Source: Eledone cirrhosa (Eukaryota). From it: a DNA stretch of 64,000 nucleotides. The stretch is from the NCBI GenBank assembly GCA_964016885.1, contig OZ024740.1:304048001-304112000 (forward strand). Reading direction: 5' to 3'. The notes beneath the pieces are model-generated. The model searched no databases, had not been told where the DNA came from, and worked only from the letters and a program-made list of their open reading frames with translations. Below are positions 1 to 13,040 of this stretch, piece after piece (position 1 is the first letter of the stretch; each line of letters opens with the position of its first letter). The position numbers were made by a program, and so were the translations under genes.

Positions 1-700
1 ACACACACATACACATATATGTACACACATGTGTATACATACACACACATATATGTACACACATGTGTATATATATACACACATACATACGTACATATAT
101 GTGTATATACACACATATGTACATACATGTGCATACACATACACACACATGTACATATACGTGTACACACATACACACACATATACATATATATGTATAC
201 ACACGCGTACACACATACACATACATGTGTACACACATGTGTACACATATATACATATATACGCGTATACATACGTGTACACATATACACATACACACAC
301 GTGTACATATACACACATACGTACATACATATATATATACACGTGTACATATATATATATATGTATATACATGTGTATATATACATATACACGTACATAT
401 ATGTGTATATACACATATGTATACATATGTGTATACACATATATACACACGTACATATATATATATACATGTATAACATACACATATGCATACATACGTG
501 CACACATATATACGCATACACATGTATATATATATACACATATACACATGTGTGTGTACACATACACCCACGTGTGTGCACATACACATACACACACACA
601 CACATATATGTGTGTATATACCTGCGCGTGCATACATATACACACATACATATACATACACACACAAACACAAACACACACACACACATACATATATATG

Positions 701-733
<33 letters not shown>

Positions 734-744
734 GTATATATATG
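1..744. repeat. Compound (CA)n/(TA)n microsatellite
   Basis: Alternating purine-pyrimidine low-complexity sequence; the overlapping H/T/Y/I ORFs are artefacts. Confidence 0.97.
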
Positions 745-2788
745 TAAAGATATGAAGACAGGCAAGGCAGCTGGGTCTTCGGAGATAGTTGCTGAAATGC
801 TGAAAGCATCTGGAACGGTGGGACACACCATGGTCACCCGGATAGTAAACCAAGTCATATAGAACGGGGTCATACCAAATGACTGGCATAGCAGCATCAT
901 CCTTAACTGCTACAAGGGTAAAGGAGATGCACTAGATAGAGGAAACTATAGAGGCATTAAATTAATTGATCCAGTCATGAAGGTCACAGAAAAAGTTATA
1001 GCGCAACTAATCAGAGAGCAAATTGATCTAGATGAAATGCAGTTTGGGTTTGTGTCAGCTAAAAGTACAACAGACGCCCTTTTCCTTGTACGACAACTAC
1101 AGGAGAAGTACCTAGCTAAAAGTAAACCCCTATACTTAGCTTTTGTTGACTTGGAGAAAGCATTTTACAGAGTACCCCGCGCCATTATCTGGTGGGCCCT
1201 TAGAAAACAAGGGGTTGATGAATGGCTTGTGAGAGCTATACAAGCCATGTATAAAGAAACAGTCAGTAAGGTTAGAATTAACAACGAATATAATGAAGAA
1301 TTTAGCATAAAAGTTGGTGTTCATCAGGGCTCTGTCCTTAGCCCCCTTCTATTTATTATTGCCCTTCAGGCTATAACAGAGGAGTTCAAGACCGGCTGCC
1401 CATGGGAACTTCTCTATGCAGATGATCTAACGCTCATATCTGAATCGATGGATGAACTAGAAAAGAAATTCCAAACATGGAAGCATGGCCTAGAATCAAA
1501 AGGCCTTAAAGTTAACTTGTCTAAGACTAAAGTTCTAGTATGTAGGAAGGAAAATAGGGCACAGATCCCCTCTGGGAAATGGCCATGCTCAGTGTGTAGG
1601 AAAGGAGTAGGCAGAAATTCCATTTTATGTCCCAAATGCAAAGTATGGGTGCATAAAAGATGTAGTGGGATCACAGGTAAGCTATCTAAGAACGTAGATT
1701 TTATATGTGGCCGGTGCTCAGGTGCAATAAGTAGCAAGCACCCACAGGATACTAGCTCCTTCTATTACCCAGATGGCTCTATAGAAATAGTGGACACCTT
1801 CCGTTACCTGGGTGATAATATCAGCAGTGGTGGAGGGTGCAGTAGCCAGAGTCAGAACGGGATGGAAAAAGTTCAGAGAGCTTATACCACTATTGGCCGC
1901 TTATACTATTATTGGCCGCTAAAGGTTTCTCTCTAAAAATGAAAGGCAGACTGTATGATGCTTGCATACAAACAGTTATGTTACATGGCAGTGAAACATG
2001 GGCATTGTGTGCAGAGGATCTGCGCAGACTGGAGAGGAACGAAGCATGCATGCTCTGCTGGATGTGTAATAGTAATATACGTGAACTGCAAAGCATAAAT
2101 GAACTAAGTGATAAATTAGGTATAAGAGGGATCAGATGCTGTTTACTCGAGAGAAGACTACGTTGGTATGGTCACGTGATGCGCATGAAAGACGACAGCT
2201 GTATAAAAAAGTGCAGGGCGATCAAAATTGACGGAAGTTACGGAGTAGGCAGACCCAGAAAAACCTGGGACGATTTGATAAATTCTGATCTTACACCATT
2301 ACACCTCTCTAAGACAACGTCGCTGGACTGAGATCTTTGGCGCTACGCAGTAATACAGAAAACCCGCCTTGCCTAAGTACAAAACGAAACCTATAGTCAG
2401 TAGGCACCTCTTAATCAAATATATACCCCCCCCCCCCCCCTCTCACTACCCCAACTTCCCCACCCCCATCAACACCACCCCTTTCTCTGTAAAGTTATGT
2501 TTGTACCACAACATCCAGTCCTAAAATAAATGAGGTTGTGTAGGTGTCACGACAAAAAAAAAAAAACGCACAGTCCACACTGTAATGAGGCTGTGTAGGT
2601 AACACGGTAAAAACCTCCCAATCCACACTGTAAACATGGTTGGTGTTAGGAAGGGCACCCAGCCGTAGAAAACCTGCCAGACAGTCTTACACGAGCAAGA
2701 CAACCAATCTTGCCTCAAGTGGGACAATTCCCGTCTAAACCCATGCTAGCGTGGAAGATAGATGTTAAACGATGATGATGATGATGAT
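745..2788 (+). mobile_element. 5'-truncated RTE-clade LINE (RT plus PHD-like finger), degraded, with (GAT)n tail
   Basis: QFGF, FVDLEKAF, GVHQGSVLSPLLF and LLYADD motifs; C-terminal RLRWYGHVMR and GRPRKTW; 3'UTR ends in (GAT)n; starts in a (TA)n run. Confidence 0.93.
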
Positions 2789-2790
2789 AT

Positions 2791-4670
2791 ATAGTTGCTG
2801 AAATGTTGAAGGTATCTGGAATGGTGGGACATACTGTGGTCACCCGGATAGTAAACCAAGTAATACAGAATGGGGTCATACCAAATGTAGCAGCAGCATC
2901 ATCAACTGTTACAAGGACAAAAGAATCGCCCTGGATAGAGGAAAGTATAGGGGTATTAAATTAGTTGACCAAATCATGAAAGTCACAGAAAGAGTTATTA
3001 CTCAACTAATTAGAGACCAAATTGATTTAGATGAAATGCAGTTTGGGTTTGTGCAAGGTAAAAGTACCACGGACGCCTTTTCCTTGTATGGCAATTACAG
3101 GAGAAGTACCTAGCTAACTGTAAACCCCTCTACTTAGCTTTTGTTGACCTGGCGAAGGCCTTTGACATGGTGCCATGCACCTTAATCTGGTGGGCTCTTA
3201 GAAAACTAGGAGTGGAAGAATGGCTTGTGAGAGCTATACAAGCCATGTCTAGAGGAACAGTCAGCAAGGTTAGAATTAACGATGAATATAGTGATGAATT
3301 TAGCATAATAGAAGGGGTTCACCAGGGCTCTGTTCTTAGCCCCCTCCTGTTTATTATTGTCCTACAGGCTATAACAGAGGGGTTTAAGACTGGCTGCCCA
3401 TGGGAACTTCTATATGCAGATGCTTTAACTCTCACAGCTGAATCCATGGCTGAACTAGAGAGGAAGTTCCAAACATGGAATCAAAAGGCCTTAGAGTCAA
3501 CTTGTCAAAGACTAAGGTTCTAGTATGTAGAAAGGAGAATAGGGCACAGGTACCCTCTGGGAAATGGCCATGCTCAGTGTGTAAGAAAGGAGTAGACATA
3601 AACTCCATTCTATGTCCCAAATGCAAAGTATGGGTGCATAAAAGATGTAGTGGGATCAGAGGTAAGCTATCTAAGAATGTAGATTTTATATGTGGCTGAT
3701 GCTCAGGTGCAGTAAGTAGCAAGGACGCACTGGATGATATCTCCTTCAACTGCTCAGATGGTTCTATATAAATAGTAGACACCTTCCTTTACCTGGGTGA
3801 CAAAATCAGCAGTGGAGGAGGGTGCTCTGAAAGTGTAGTAGCCAGAGTTAGAGTGGGATGGAAAAAGTTCAGAGAGCTAATACCAGTGTTGGCCACAAGG
3901 GGTTTTTCTCTAAAAATGAAAGGCAGATTGTATTATGCATGTATACGAATGGCGATATTACATGGTAGTGAGACTTGGGCAATGTGTGCTGAAGACCTGT
4001 GTAGATTAGAAAGAAATGAAGCTTGCATGCTCCACTGGATGTGTAATAGTAATGTGCGCAAAAGGTGAAGCATAAACGAACTAAGAGGGAGACTAAGCAT
4101 AAGAGGTATCAAATGTGTTCTGGGGAGGAGATTGCATTGGTATAGTCATGTGATGCGTATGAAGGATGGCAGCTGTATAAAAAAGTGCAGGGCAATGAAA
4201 ATTGATGGAAGCTACGGAGTGGGTAGACCAAGAAAAACCTGGGGCGAGGTGATAAAAACTGACCTTGCCCACCTACACCTCTCTAAGAGAATGACACTGG
4301 ATCGGGACCTTTGGCGCCATGCAGTTGTACAGAAGACCCGACTGCCATTGCATACAAACCTACAGTCAGTAGGTACCTCTTAACTCAATATACACCCCAC
4401 CCCATCCTCACTCACCCGTTCCGTCCATTGTGTCGATGACACAACAGCCCACACTGTAAGGTGGCCGTGAAGGAGACACAGTGAAATGGCTCCTAGTCCT
4501 CACTGTAAATGTAGTTGGTGTTAGGAAGGTCATCCAGCTGTAAAAACAAACCTGCCAGAGACGCTTCTGTGCGAGCAAGACATGGTCTCCCGACCATTCC
4601 CACATCAAATGGAACAAAACTGTCTAACCCATGCTAGCATGGAAGATGGACATTAAACGATGATGATGAT
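2791..4670 (+). mobile_element. Second 5'-truncated RTE LINE, head-to-tail with the first
   Basis: Frameshifted ORFs 3167-4383 are paralogous to 977-2331; ends in (GAT)n then (TA)n. Confidence 0.92.
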
Positions 4671-4687
4671 ATATATATATATATATA

Positions 4688-4946
4688 TTGTTGTTTCCTT
4701 GAGCAAGAAACTTTATTTCACATTGCTCCAGTTTACTCAGCTGTAGAAATGAGATGATAGGACTGGGTCCCTATCATTCCACTACAAAGTGGACGTGTAG
4801 GTACCATGGAAAAAAGCACCCAGCACTCACTGTAAATGAGGTTGGTGTTAGGAAGGGCATCCAGCTGTAGGAATCAAGCCAGAATCAGTTTCCCTCCCAC
4901 CCTTGCAAGCAGGGAAAAGCAGACATAAGATGATGATGATGATGAT
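4688..4946 (+). mobile_element. SINE (CORE-like centre) with RTE-derived 3' tail, 5'-truncated
   Basis: ccttgagcaagaaactttatttcacattgctccag core; tail ggttggtgttaggaagggcatccagctgtag...(GAT)n shared with the RTE 3'UTR; inverted copy at 16651-16937. Confidence 0.75.
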
Positions 4947-4960
4947 TATATATATATATC

Positions 4961-4994
<34 letters not shown>

Positions 4995-5876
4995 TACAAG
5001 CCCACAGACTCCAAGAAATATCTTCCTTTCAACTCTTGCCACCCTAGACACGTTAAAATTAATAGTCCCTACAACTTAGCCAAGAGAATCTGTACTATAG
5101 TCTCCAATAAAAACACCTGCTACTTACGGCTGCAAGAACTAAAGGACACACTCATAGGCAGGGACTACCCTGCATTACTAATTGACAATGGAATCCAACG
5201 TGCCCTAAAACTCAGTACCCAGGACCTTAGACACCCTAAAGTAAATCAACCGAAACTAAAAGCTCTTCCATACATCTCCACACACAACCCCCTCAACAAT
5301 GAGGCCTTTGACACCATCCTCCAGAACATCCCTGTGTTAAAAAAGGACCATAGAATGAACCAAATCCTACGAACACACGATATCATAAAGAGCAAAAGAC
5401 AATCTAAGTCAATGAAAAACATCCTAACACATGCCAAAGTACTGACAACCACAACAACGAAACCCACAGTAAAAAAATGCGATAGACCCAACTGTGGCAT
5501 ATGCATCAACCTAATAGAGGGTTCGGAATTCTATTTCAAAGAAGGACAACGTTTTATAGTAAAACACAATTTCACATGCGTATCAGAAAATCTAATATAT
5601 GTATTAACTTGCTCAGGTTGTCGAGAACAATACATAGGCCAGACCAAAAACAGCCTCCGCCAACGCATGACTGTCCATAGATCCCAAATTAAAATACGGG
5701 AATACAGGAAAATACCACTGAGTGAACACATTGATACGTGTGCCGCCCCAAATCATCCCAACTTCAGAATCTTTCCCCTCTACAAATTTAAAGATAATGC
5801 CACCCACACCCAGCGCATCAGCAAGGAATCTCACTTTATTAACAAATACGGACCCCATCTAAACACTTCTCCCTAA
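4995..5876 (+). mobile_element. Penelope-like element, 5'-truncated: RT thumb plus GIY-YIG endonuclease
   Basis: YKPTDSKKYLPFNSCHP, CDRPNCGIC, NLIYVLTCSGCREQYIGQT (GIY-YIG); starts directly at (TA)n. Confidence 0.9.
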
Positions 5877-6403
5877 GACGAACCCACAACATACACACGT
5901 CAACATACATACCTACATCAGCATACATCTCTATCCACATATAAACACAATGACATACGTAAACACACATGTTCTATGGTGCAACACAAATATACACAAA
6001 TTTGCATACCTTTTGATGTCTATAGATATAAACGTGCCGACACACACACATACATAAACGCACACATGCATTGCACACTGATGGGCACATACATATTTGT
6101 ACACAAGTATTCCAATACGGCAAGGCCTAATGGATTCCCCTTGCAGTACGTACAATCTGGACACACACACACTCACACATACCTTGGTGTTATGACAATA
6201 CTATATATCATTTCACACCTTTTATTATTAAGGTTTTTGATGTTCTATTGAGAGAATCGTTTTTACTGAAAATATCGAATAATGTACACCATTTTACCAG
6301 TATCACAAAAATACTGGTCCACCCCCACACATACACACACATTCTCACATACACACACATATATACACACACACATACACACGCGTACATTAACATACAA
6401 AGT

Positions 6404-6449
<46 letters not shown>

Positions 6450-7116
6450 TCCGTATAAGACAAGAAGAGCTGAAAAATATCTTTTAACATGTTAAAATAT
6501 CCGCCACACACTTACAGACACATTCCTACTGACCATCTTTCTACCACGAATTACTCTGCTACACACACACACACACACACTTGTCTTAATAGGCATTTGA
6601 ACTGTCAACAGGCTGCGGTTCGCACACACATCCCTGCTGACCATTATCACAACAACGAACCTCTTTACTACTACTACTACTACACACACACACACACACA
6701 TATTTGTTTTGAAAGACTTATTTTTCAGTGACTTCTCAATCAGCCGACACAAACCTACATTTGGCGCAAAATCAATTTTTAACATTCACATGACCTCTAC
6801 CGACCAATCAAAATTGTTTTGACCACAAGAATTTTTGCAACACGAATTGGCGCGAAACTTATTTTAATACATCTGGAGCCACTTTTTTCACATAAAAACA
6901 GGTAAAATTTCCAAAACTAATCAGATTAGAGCAAACACCACGGACGCTCTATCTCAAAATTATTTTTGAAAAGCATTAGAAGTGCGCAACCGGTAAAACT
7001 TAAAACCAAAACTGAATACTAACCAATACTATTACTAATTTTCACTTATTCCTAATTAAACTATTTTTCACTGTGAACAATTTGTCAGCATTTTCTTTTC
7101 CGTTTACCAATATATA

Positions 7117-7612
7117 TATATAATTGGATATATGAGAGAGATGAACACAGATATAAGTATACATGTGTTCCAATTGCAAATTACCAAGTTAGCTAGGTTG
7201 AAAAAATACTAATTTAAAACAATATGGTTTGCCTGACTCGATTTAAAGTAATAAATCAATAAAAATAACAAACCTATATCGGGCAATAGCCTTTGATTCC
7301 CGGACAGACGTAAATCTGTTCGCAAGAATTATTAAGTGAAAGCCAGAATTCCTGTGCTCTTCTGCGGGTATCCAGGAAAATTCGTACTTTTCACTTCAAA
7401 GGATCTAAGAAGACTGAACGATATGCTGATATAAACGTACATGTCGCAGTGCCTAGCGCATCTCATACTCATGCCGCTACAAATAGCAGCTGGGTTTATG
7501 AGACTAGATTTAGCTCTACATAAGCTCTACATAGATTGAGTTAGAAACTCAAAATAGTCTTTTACATGTATACTTATATCTGTTTTCATCCCTCTTATAT
7601 ATCCAATTATAT
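7117..7612. repeat. ~500-bp element with ~50-bp terminal inverted repeats, flanked by TA runs
   Basis: 7117-7166 (taattggatatatgagagagatgaacacagatataagtatacatgt) is the near reverse complement of 7564-7612. Confidence 0.8.
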
Positions 7613-7649
7613 TATATGGCTCGGAAAGATTCCCTTCTTTGAGCTATTT

Positions 7650-8350
7650 AATAGTCAACGTGGGTGGATGTGCAGGTGAAGGAATGGCGGATACGGAAAG
7701 ACCCGTCAGGGCCTAGGGCCTGTAAGAGTGGTGAGGGTGGAAATAAAGGGACAAGTGTTGCAGCAGGAACGGGAACAAGGATGAGAACTGGGTGGAGTTG
7801 TGGGAGAGAACGAAAAAGAACAGCGAACCAGGAGGTCGCGGAGGTTTCGGGCGCGCTTAAAAGCAGTAATGGGTGGGTTTGGAAAAAAGCGCGAAGTGAC
7901 GGGGTCAGAAGTGAGGATACGGAAGGAACAGTGATGGGGTGGTAGGTGAGAGGGAAAGGAACACGGGTGTTGGGAGGGCGGGGTGAGAAGGCTGTGGTGC
8001 GGTCTGTTTCACGGGCGCGGGTGAGAGCAGCTTGGATCAAGGTGGGGGATATCCACGCAGGATGAAGCAGGAAGCCATGCGAAGAGAATGGGTTTCAAAA
8101 TCGTCGTCCTGGCTACAGAGTCGACGAAGACGGAGGAATTGGGAATAGGGTATGGAGTGTTTGGTGTGGGTTGGATGGGAGGAGGTGAAGTCGAGGTAAG
8201 TTATATTAGGTTCACGCTTGGTAAAAGTGGAGGAGGTTTCAACATTTCAAACAGAAGTCCTTCTTCAGGAAAGTTCAGATAAGGAGAGAACAGATACACG
8301 TAAGAGTAGAGTGAGAAGGTTAGGGAAGGAAGTTGGATAAAAAATATTAT
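7650..8350 (-). mobile_element. Penelope-like element fragment with upstream pLTR-like segment
   Basis: Minus strand reads HTKHSIPYSQFLRLRRLCS, then LTYHP and HSFTCTS, typical of the PLE thumb/linker; hammerhead upstream in the same orientation. Confidence 0.8.
8237..8272 (-). ncRNA. Minimal type I hammerhead ribozyme (PLE type, decayed)
   Basis: Minus strand: tttc CTGAAGA a ggac ttct gttt GAAA tg TT gaaa. Confidence 0.65.
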
Positions 8351-8355
8351 ATATA

Positions 8356-8991
8356 CGATGGATGTGTAATAGTAATATACGCGAATGCCAAAGCATAAAT
8401 GAATTGAGAGAGAGACTGAGCATAAGAGGAATCAAATGCTGTGTGCAGGAGAGGAGGTTGCGTTGGTATGGACATGTGATGCGTATGAAGGATGACAGCT
8501 GCATAAAAAGGTGCAGAGCACTAGAAGTCGATGGAAACCGCGGAGTGGGGAGACCCAAGATGACCTGGGATGAGGTGATAAAAGCCGACCTTACCCAATT
8601 ACACCTCTCAAAGGCGATGACACACGACCGGGACCTCTGGCGTCACGCAGTAATACAGAGTACCCGACCTCCCATGGGTACAAGCTGAAGCATATAGACA
8701 ATATGCCCCCACACCCTCCCACTGCAAGGTGGTCGTGGAGGTGCCACGGCAAAAAAGCACCCAGCCCACACTGTAAAGTGGACGTGTAGGCGCCACGAAA
8801 AAGCACCCATCACTCACTGTAAATGAGGTTGGTGTTAGGAAGGGCATCCAGCTGTAGAAATCAAGCCAAATCAGTTCCTGTATGAGCAAGGCATGGTCAG
8901 CCGACCAGACACTGCCCACAACAGGACAACCCGTCTAACCCATGCTAGCGTGGAAGAACGGACGTAAAACGGTTATGATGATGATGATGAT
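8356..8991 (+). mobile_element. RTE LINE 3' fragment
   Basis: RRLRWYGHVMRM and GRPKMTW; 3'UTR and (GAT)n tail. Confidence 0.9.
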
Positions 8992-8995
8992 ATAT

Positions 8996-9845
8996 ATGAA
9001 AACAGGGAGAAAAAGATGATTATTAGGAAGAAAAATATTTTTTTTCCTTTTTATTTTTTTCTCTCTTTTTTTTTCTAGGTTAGAAAATGATTGAAACGAA
9101 ATATTTTACTTTGTGTGAAGTGTTAAGGTATTAGTTGATTTATTTATTAATTAACAATGGCATTTATTTATTTATATATTTAATAATTGTCTATTACCGG
9201 TTCCAGCATTTTTATGCATTATCAAATGATAATAATATGTATTGGTGTAGATTGGTTGTGTTGGACATGTTAAAGAAATGGTGCAGAAAGAATAATGTTA
9301 TTTACAAACAAGGTTTATGAAGTGAAAATAAAAAATAAAAAAAAACGAGCGTAATGTGGAGCATAATAAGGCAATGGGAAAGAAAAAAATAATGTTATTT
9401 ACAGGCATAGTTCTTGAAAATAAGCAGATCAAAATGTGTCAATATAGAAAGAGTGCTTAGTTGAGTGCTCTTTCACATTGCCTTATTATGCTCCACATTA
9501 CGTCCGTTTTTTTAATTTTTTATTTTCACTTCATAAACCTTATTTGTAAATAACATTATTCTTTCTGCACCATTTCTTTAACATATCCAACACCACCATT
9601 CTACACAAATACATATTATTATCATTTGATAATGCATAAAAATGCTGAAACCGGTAATAGACAATTATTAAATATATAAATAAATAAATGCCATTGTTAA
9701 TTAATAAATAAATCAACTAATACCTTAACACTTTACACAAAGTAAACTATTTCGTTTCAATAATTTTCTAACCCAGAAAAAAGAGAAAAAAATAAAAAGG
9801 AAAAAAATATATTTTTCTTCCTAATAATCATCTTTTTCTCCCTGT

Positions 9846-9850
<5 letters not shown>
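8996..9850. repeat. Fold-back element: ~380-bp inverted arms, ~100-bp spacer, TA flanks, degenerate hammerhead in each arm
   Basis: 8996-9376 is the near reverse complement of 9476-9850; 9618-9665 reads attatcat tTGATaA t gcat aaaa atgc t GAAA ccgg TA atagacaat. Confidence 0.85.
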
Positions 9851-9893
<43 letters not shown>

Positions 9894-9925
9894 TAACTCG
9901 TGTGCTTCCTCTCCACATTTTATTG

Positions 9926-10015
<90 letters not shown>

Positions 10016-10635
10016 TACAGACACACATGGCATTTATTATAGTTGATGATTATTTTGCTTCAAATTCTTTGCCGGTGTGAATAATCTACATCTTGTGTAT
10101 TCTGAACATCTCAGTAAATGAATATAATCAGTTTTTCTTTTTCCTTTTTGGAATATCTATATACCATTATTTTAAGAATAATAGAAGATATTTAGGAAAA
10201 ATGAAAATTATAATAATTTACACAAGCTGAAAGAATCTAGGTCATTAAGTGGTTCTCTTTTTTTCTCTTTACTTCATACCAAAGAATTGATTTGCACCAC
10301 AATAAACTGGGACCGTTTATAGGTATATATTAAACGTGAATAATCATTTCTTCTATAAACTGGTTTGGTAAGTACAGATAATTGGTTACACTATTATGTT
10401 CAGATAGATTTATCAATTTGGAAAAAAGGTAACTAGGCCTATTTACTTGAGAAAATGTGAGAAATGTGAGTTTTAACAGTTGTGTATTTCTAAATGGTAA
10501 TATAAGCTGAAATCAAGTGAAATAATTACATCTAGAGATCAATATATTTTCTACTTTATGGTATTCATTATATATATTTAAGCACACCTTCATACATACA
10601 TTAAATATGTGTGCGTGTTATAAATATATATATAC

Positions 10636-12211
10636 TAGCAGAATGGCCCGGCGTTGCTTGGGATTTGCTCTAGGGTTCTTATATATTTGATATATATTTA
10701 TCCTTATCGAGCCTCGTGAAATAAATACGTTTGTTTATATTTTGTTATTGTGTATGCAAAAATATCTGTACACGAATATATAATTATATATATATTAAAA
10801 TAACAGATCAAAGTTTAAGCAAAGAATCGCTGCTTTCACCCTTAACGGGATCTTCTGAAACTAAAATTTAAAAAATCAATCTGTGAACGCAGAAGTAAAT
10901 ATTTCTAAAAATGTTACACACTATATATACATATATATATATACACACACACACAGCTATGTCATAATGTCATAATGCAGACAGCCAGGCATACAGACAG
11001 ATATTATAAGGGTGCAACATTATATCTATGTATCTATCTAAAAAGAGAAAGACTAAGAGAGAGAGAGAGAGATTGCTAAATCGCCAGATTTACAGACAGA
11101 CAGACATTCTCTGTTTTAGATATATAGACTAGCAGAAAACCACTCGGGGGCGGTTTTCTGCTAGTCTATATATCTAAAACAGAGAATGTCTGCCTGTCTG
11201 TCAGCTCCCTAAAACTTGAGAACCATCCAACCGATTGTTTTCAAACTTTAGACATGTAATACTTATGGTCCTGTGAGTGTTTTGAGCAAAAATTATTTCA
11301 AATTTTCAATGCCCTAGGGACCACATTAGGCGATTTAGCGTTCTCTCTATATAATTCTTAGTCTTTCTTTTTAGATAGATACATAGATATAACGTTGCGC
11401 CCTTATAATATCTGTCTGTATGTCTGGCTGTCTGCATTACGTCATTATGACGCGCTCAGCGCGATTCCCTCGGCCTCAGTGACCAAAGTCAGTGGAGAGG
11501 GGAAGGTAATGTTTCTGTAGCACGTGTTTTAGCGTCTATTCACTCTCTCTCTCTCCCTCTCTCCCTCCCGCTATCCCCCTCTCGTAGTCTGTCTCTTTCT
11601 TTCACTCTCACTCTCTCTCTACGCGCGTGTTTCCACTGTCGGATAGACAGACAGAGAAATTGCTGGTTATATATATAAGTAGACTAGCAGAAAACCACCC
11701 GGTGGGCGGTTTTCTGCTAGCAAATCTACTGTATATACTGATATTGTTGAGATTTGGATGAGAAATGTTTTCGGCACCACATGTTCACCGTCTCTCGGTG
11801 TGTCTTTTATGCATGTATAAATATATATGTTATCTATACGGTGAAATCTTTGAAATAAATATATGTTAAAACGAAAAAGGAGAAAAAGAGATTAGTGACG
11901 GAATATAAACGTTATGATATAACGATGGAAATATATCTTCAAATGGTCCTTGGCATGGTGTCAAGTCAGAACCGCCTCGAACTGGTTACTTCTGGCTTGT
12001 GCAAGGTGTCTCTATAGCAACCAGCGATTCCCTCGGCCTCAGTGACCAAAGTCAGTGGAGAGGGGAAGGTAATGTTTCTATAGCGACAGTGTTTCTCTTG
12101 GTAGTACCAAAGTGGAGAAAGGAAGGGGAAGGTAATATTTCTGTAGCACCTACATTTGAGTTTTAGGGAAGGATAGACAGACTTAGAAATGCCCATATAT
12201 TTCTGTGTGTG

Positions 12212-12250
<39 letters not shown>

Positions 12251-12276
12251 CACGCACAGAAATGTATATATATTTC

Positions 12277-12339
<63 letters not shown>

Positions 12340-13032
12340 CACACACAGAAATGTATATATATTTCTGTGTGTATATATATATATTACACACACAGAAATG
12401 TATATATATTTCTGTGTGTGTGTATATATATATATTACACACACAGAAATGTATATATATTTCTTAGAACAAAATTATTATTAATGTTTTGCTGTTCATA
12501 ACAATTGGAATTGAAAAATTACTTTTGAAATTATTAGTTATTTTACTAATGCCTAGATATGTAAAAATGAAGCAATGTTTCTAATAATTGTTTCTACTTT
12601 TGGCACAAGGCCAGCAATTACCCAGTACATTACTGGTACTTTATTTTATCGACCCTGTGAGGATGAAAGGCAAAGTTAACCTCGGCGGTATTTGAACTCA
12701 GACCGTAAAGGGACGTAACTCCATGCTATGAAGCATGGTGTCCGACTCTCTACAGATTCTGCAATCCACCGCTCTAATGTCTGTACGTAATGAGGGAGTG
12801 AGAGGGGAGAGAAAGAAAGGCAGAGGTGAAGTGACGAAGTGACTCTCTCCTCCTCCTCCTCCATCTCCCCATTCGTCACAGCGATAGAGGGGAGGAATGT
12901 TAGTGTGTTACAAAGAGAAAGAGTGAGAGTGAGAGAAACAGACAGACTAAAAGAGAGGGATAGCTGGAGAGAGAGAGAGATAGCAACCACATGTTTCCAT
13001 TGTCGGACAGACAGACAGACAGAGAAATTGCT
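10636..13032. mobile_element. Cluster of non-autonomous Helitron-like segments in both orientations, with an interspersed SINE and microsatellite
   Basis: Minus-strand 3' end cccaagcaacgccggg...CTAG|T at ~10636-10663; CTAG-TC head-to-tail junctions at ~11128-11170 and ~11682; TC-TATATA-type 5' ends followed by (TCTG)n. Confidence 0.65.
12585..12772 (-). mobile_element. tRNA-derived SINE (Meta-like central domain); many further copies, e.g. 22735-22875, 31310-31520, 39385-39522, 41350-41530, 44013-44190
   Basis: A-box tggcagaatc, B-box gagttcaaat and conserved ctttgcctttcatcct...gggtcgataaaataaagtaccag. Confidence 0.8.
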
Positions 13033-13040
13033 GGTTATAT

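Noticed and set aside
19-862. Long H/T/Y/I-rich ORFs (also at 12.2, 47.6, 51.7, 53.0, 58.3 and 63.2 kb)
   Set aside because: Translations of stop-poor microsatellites
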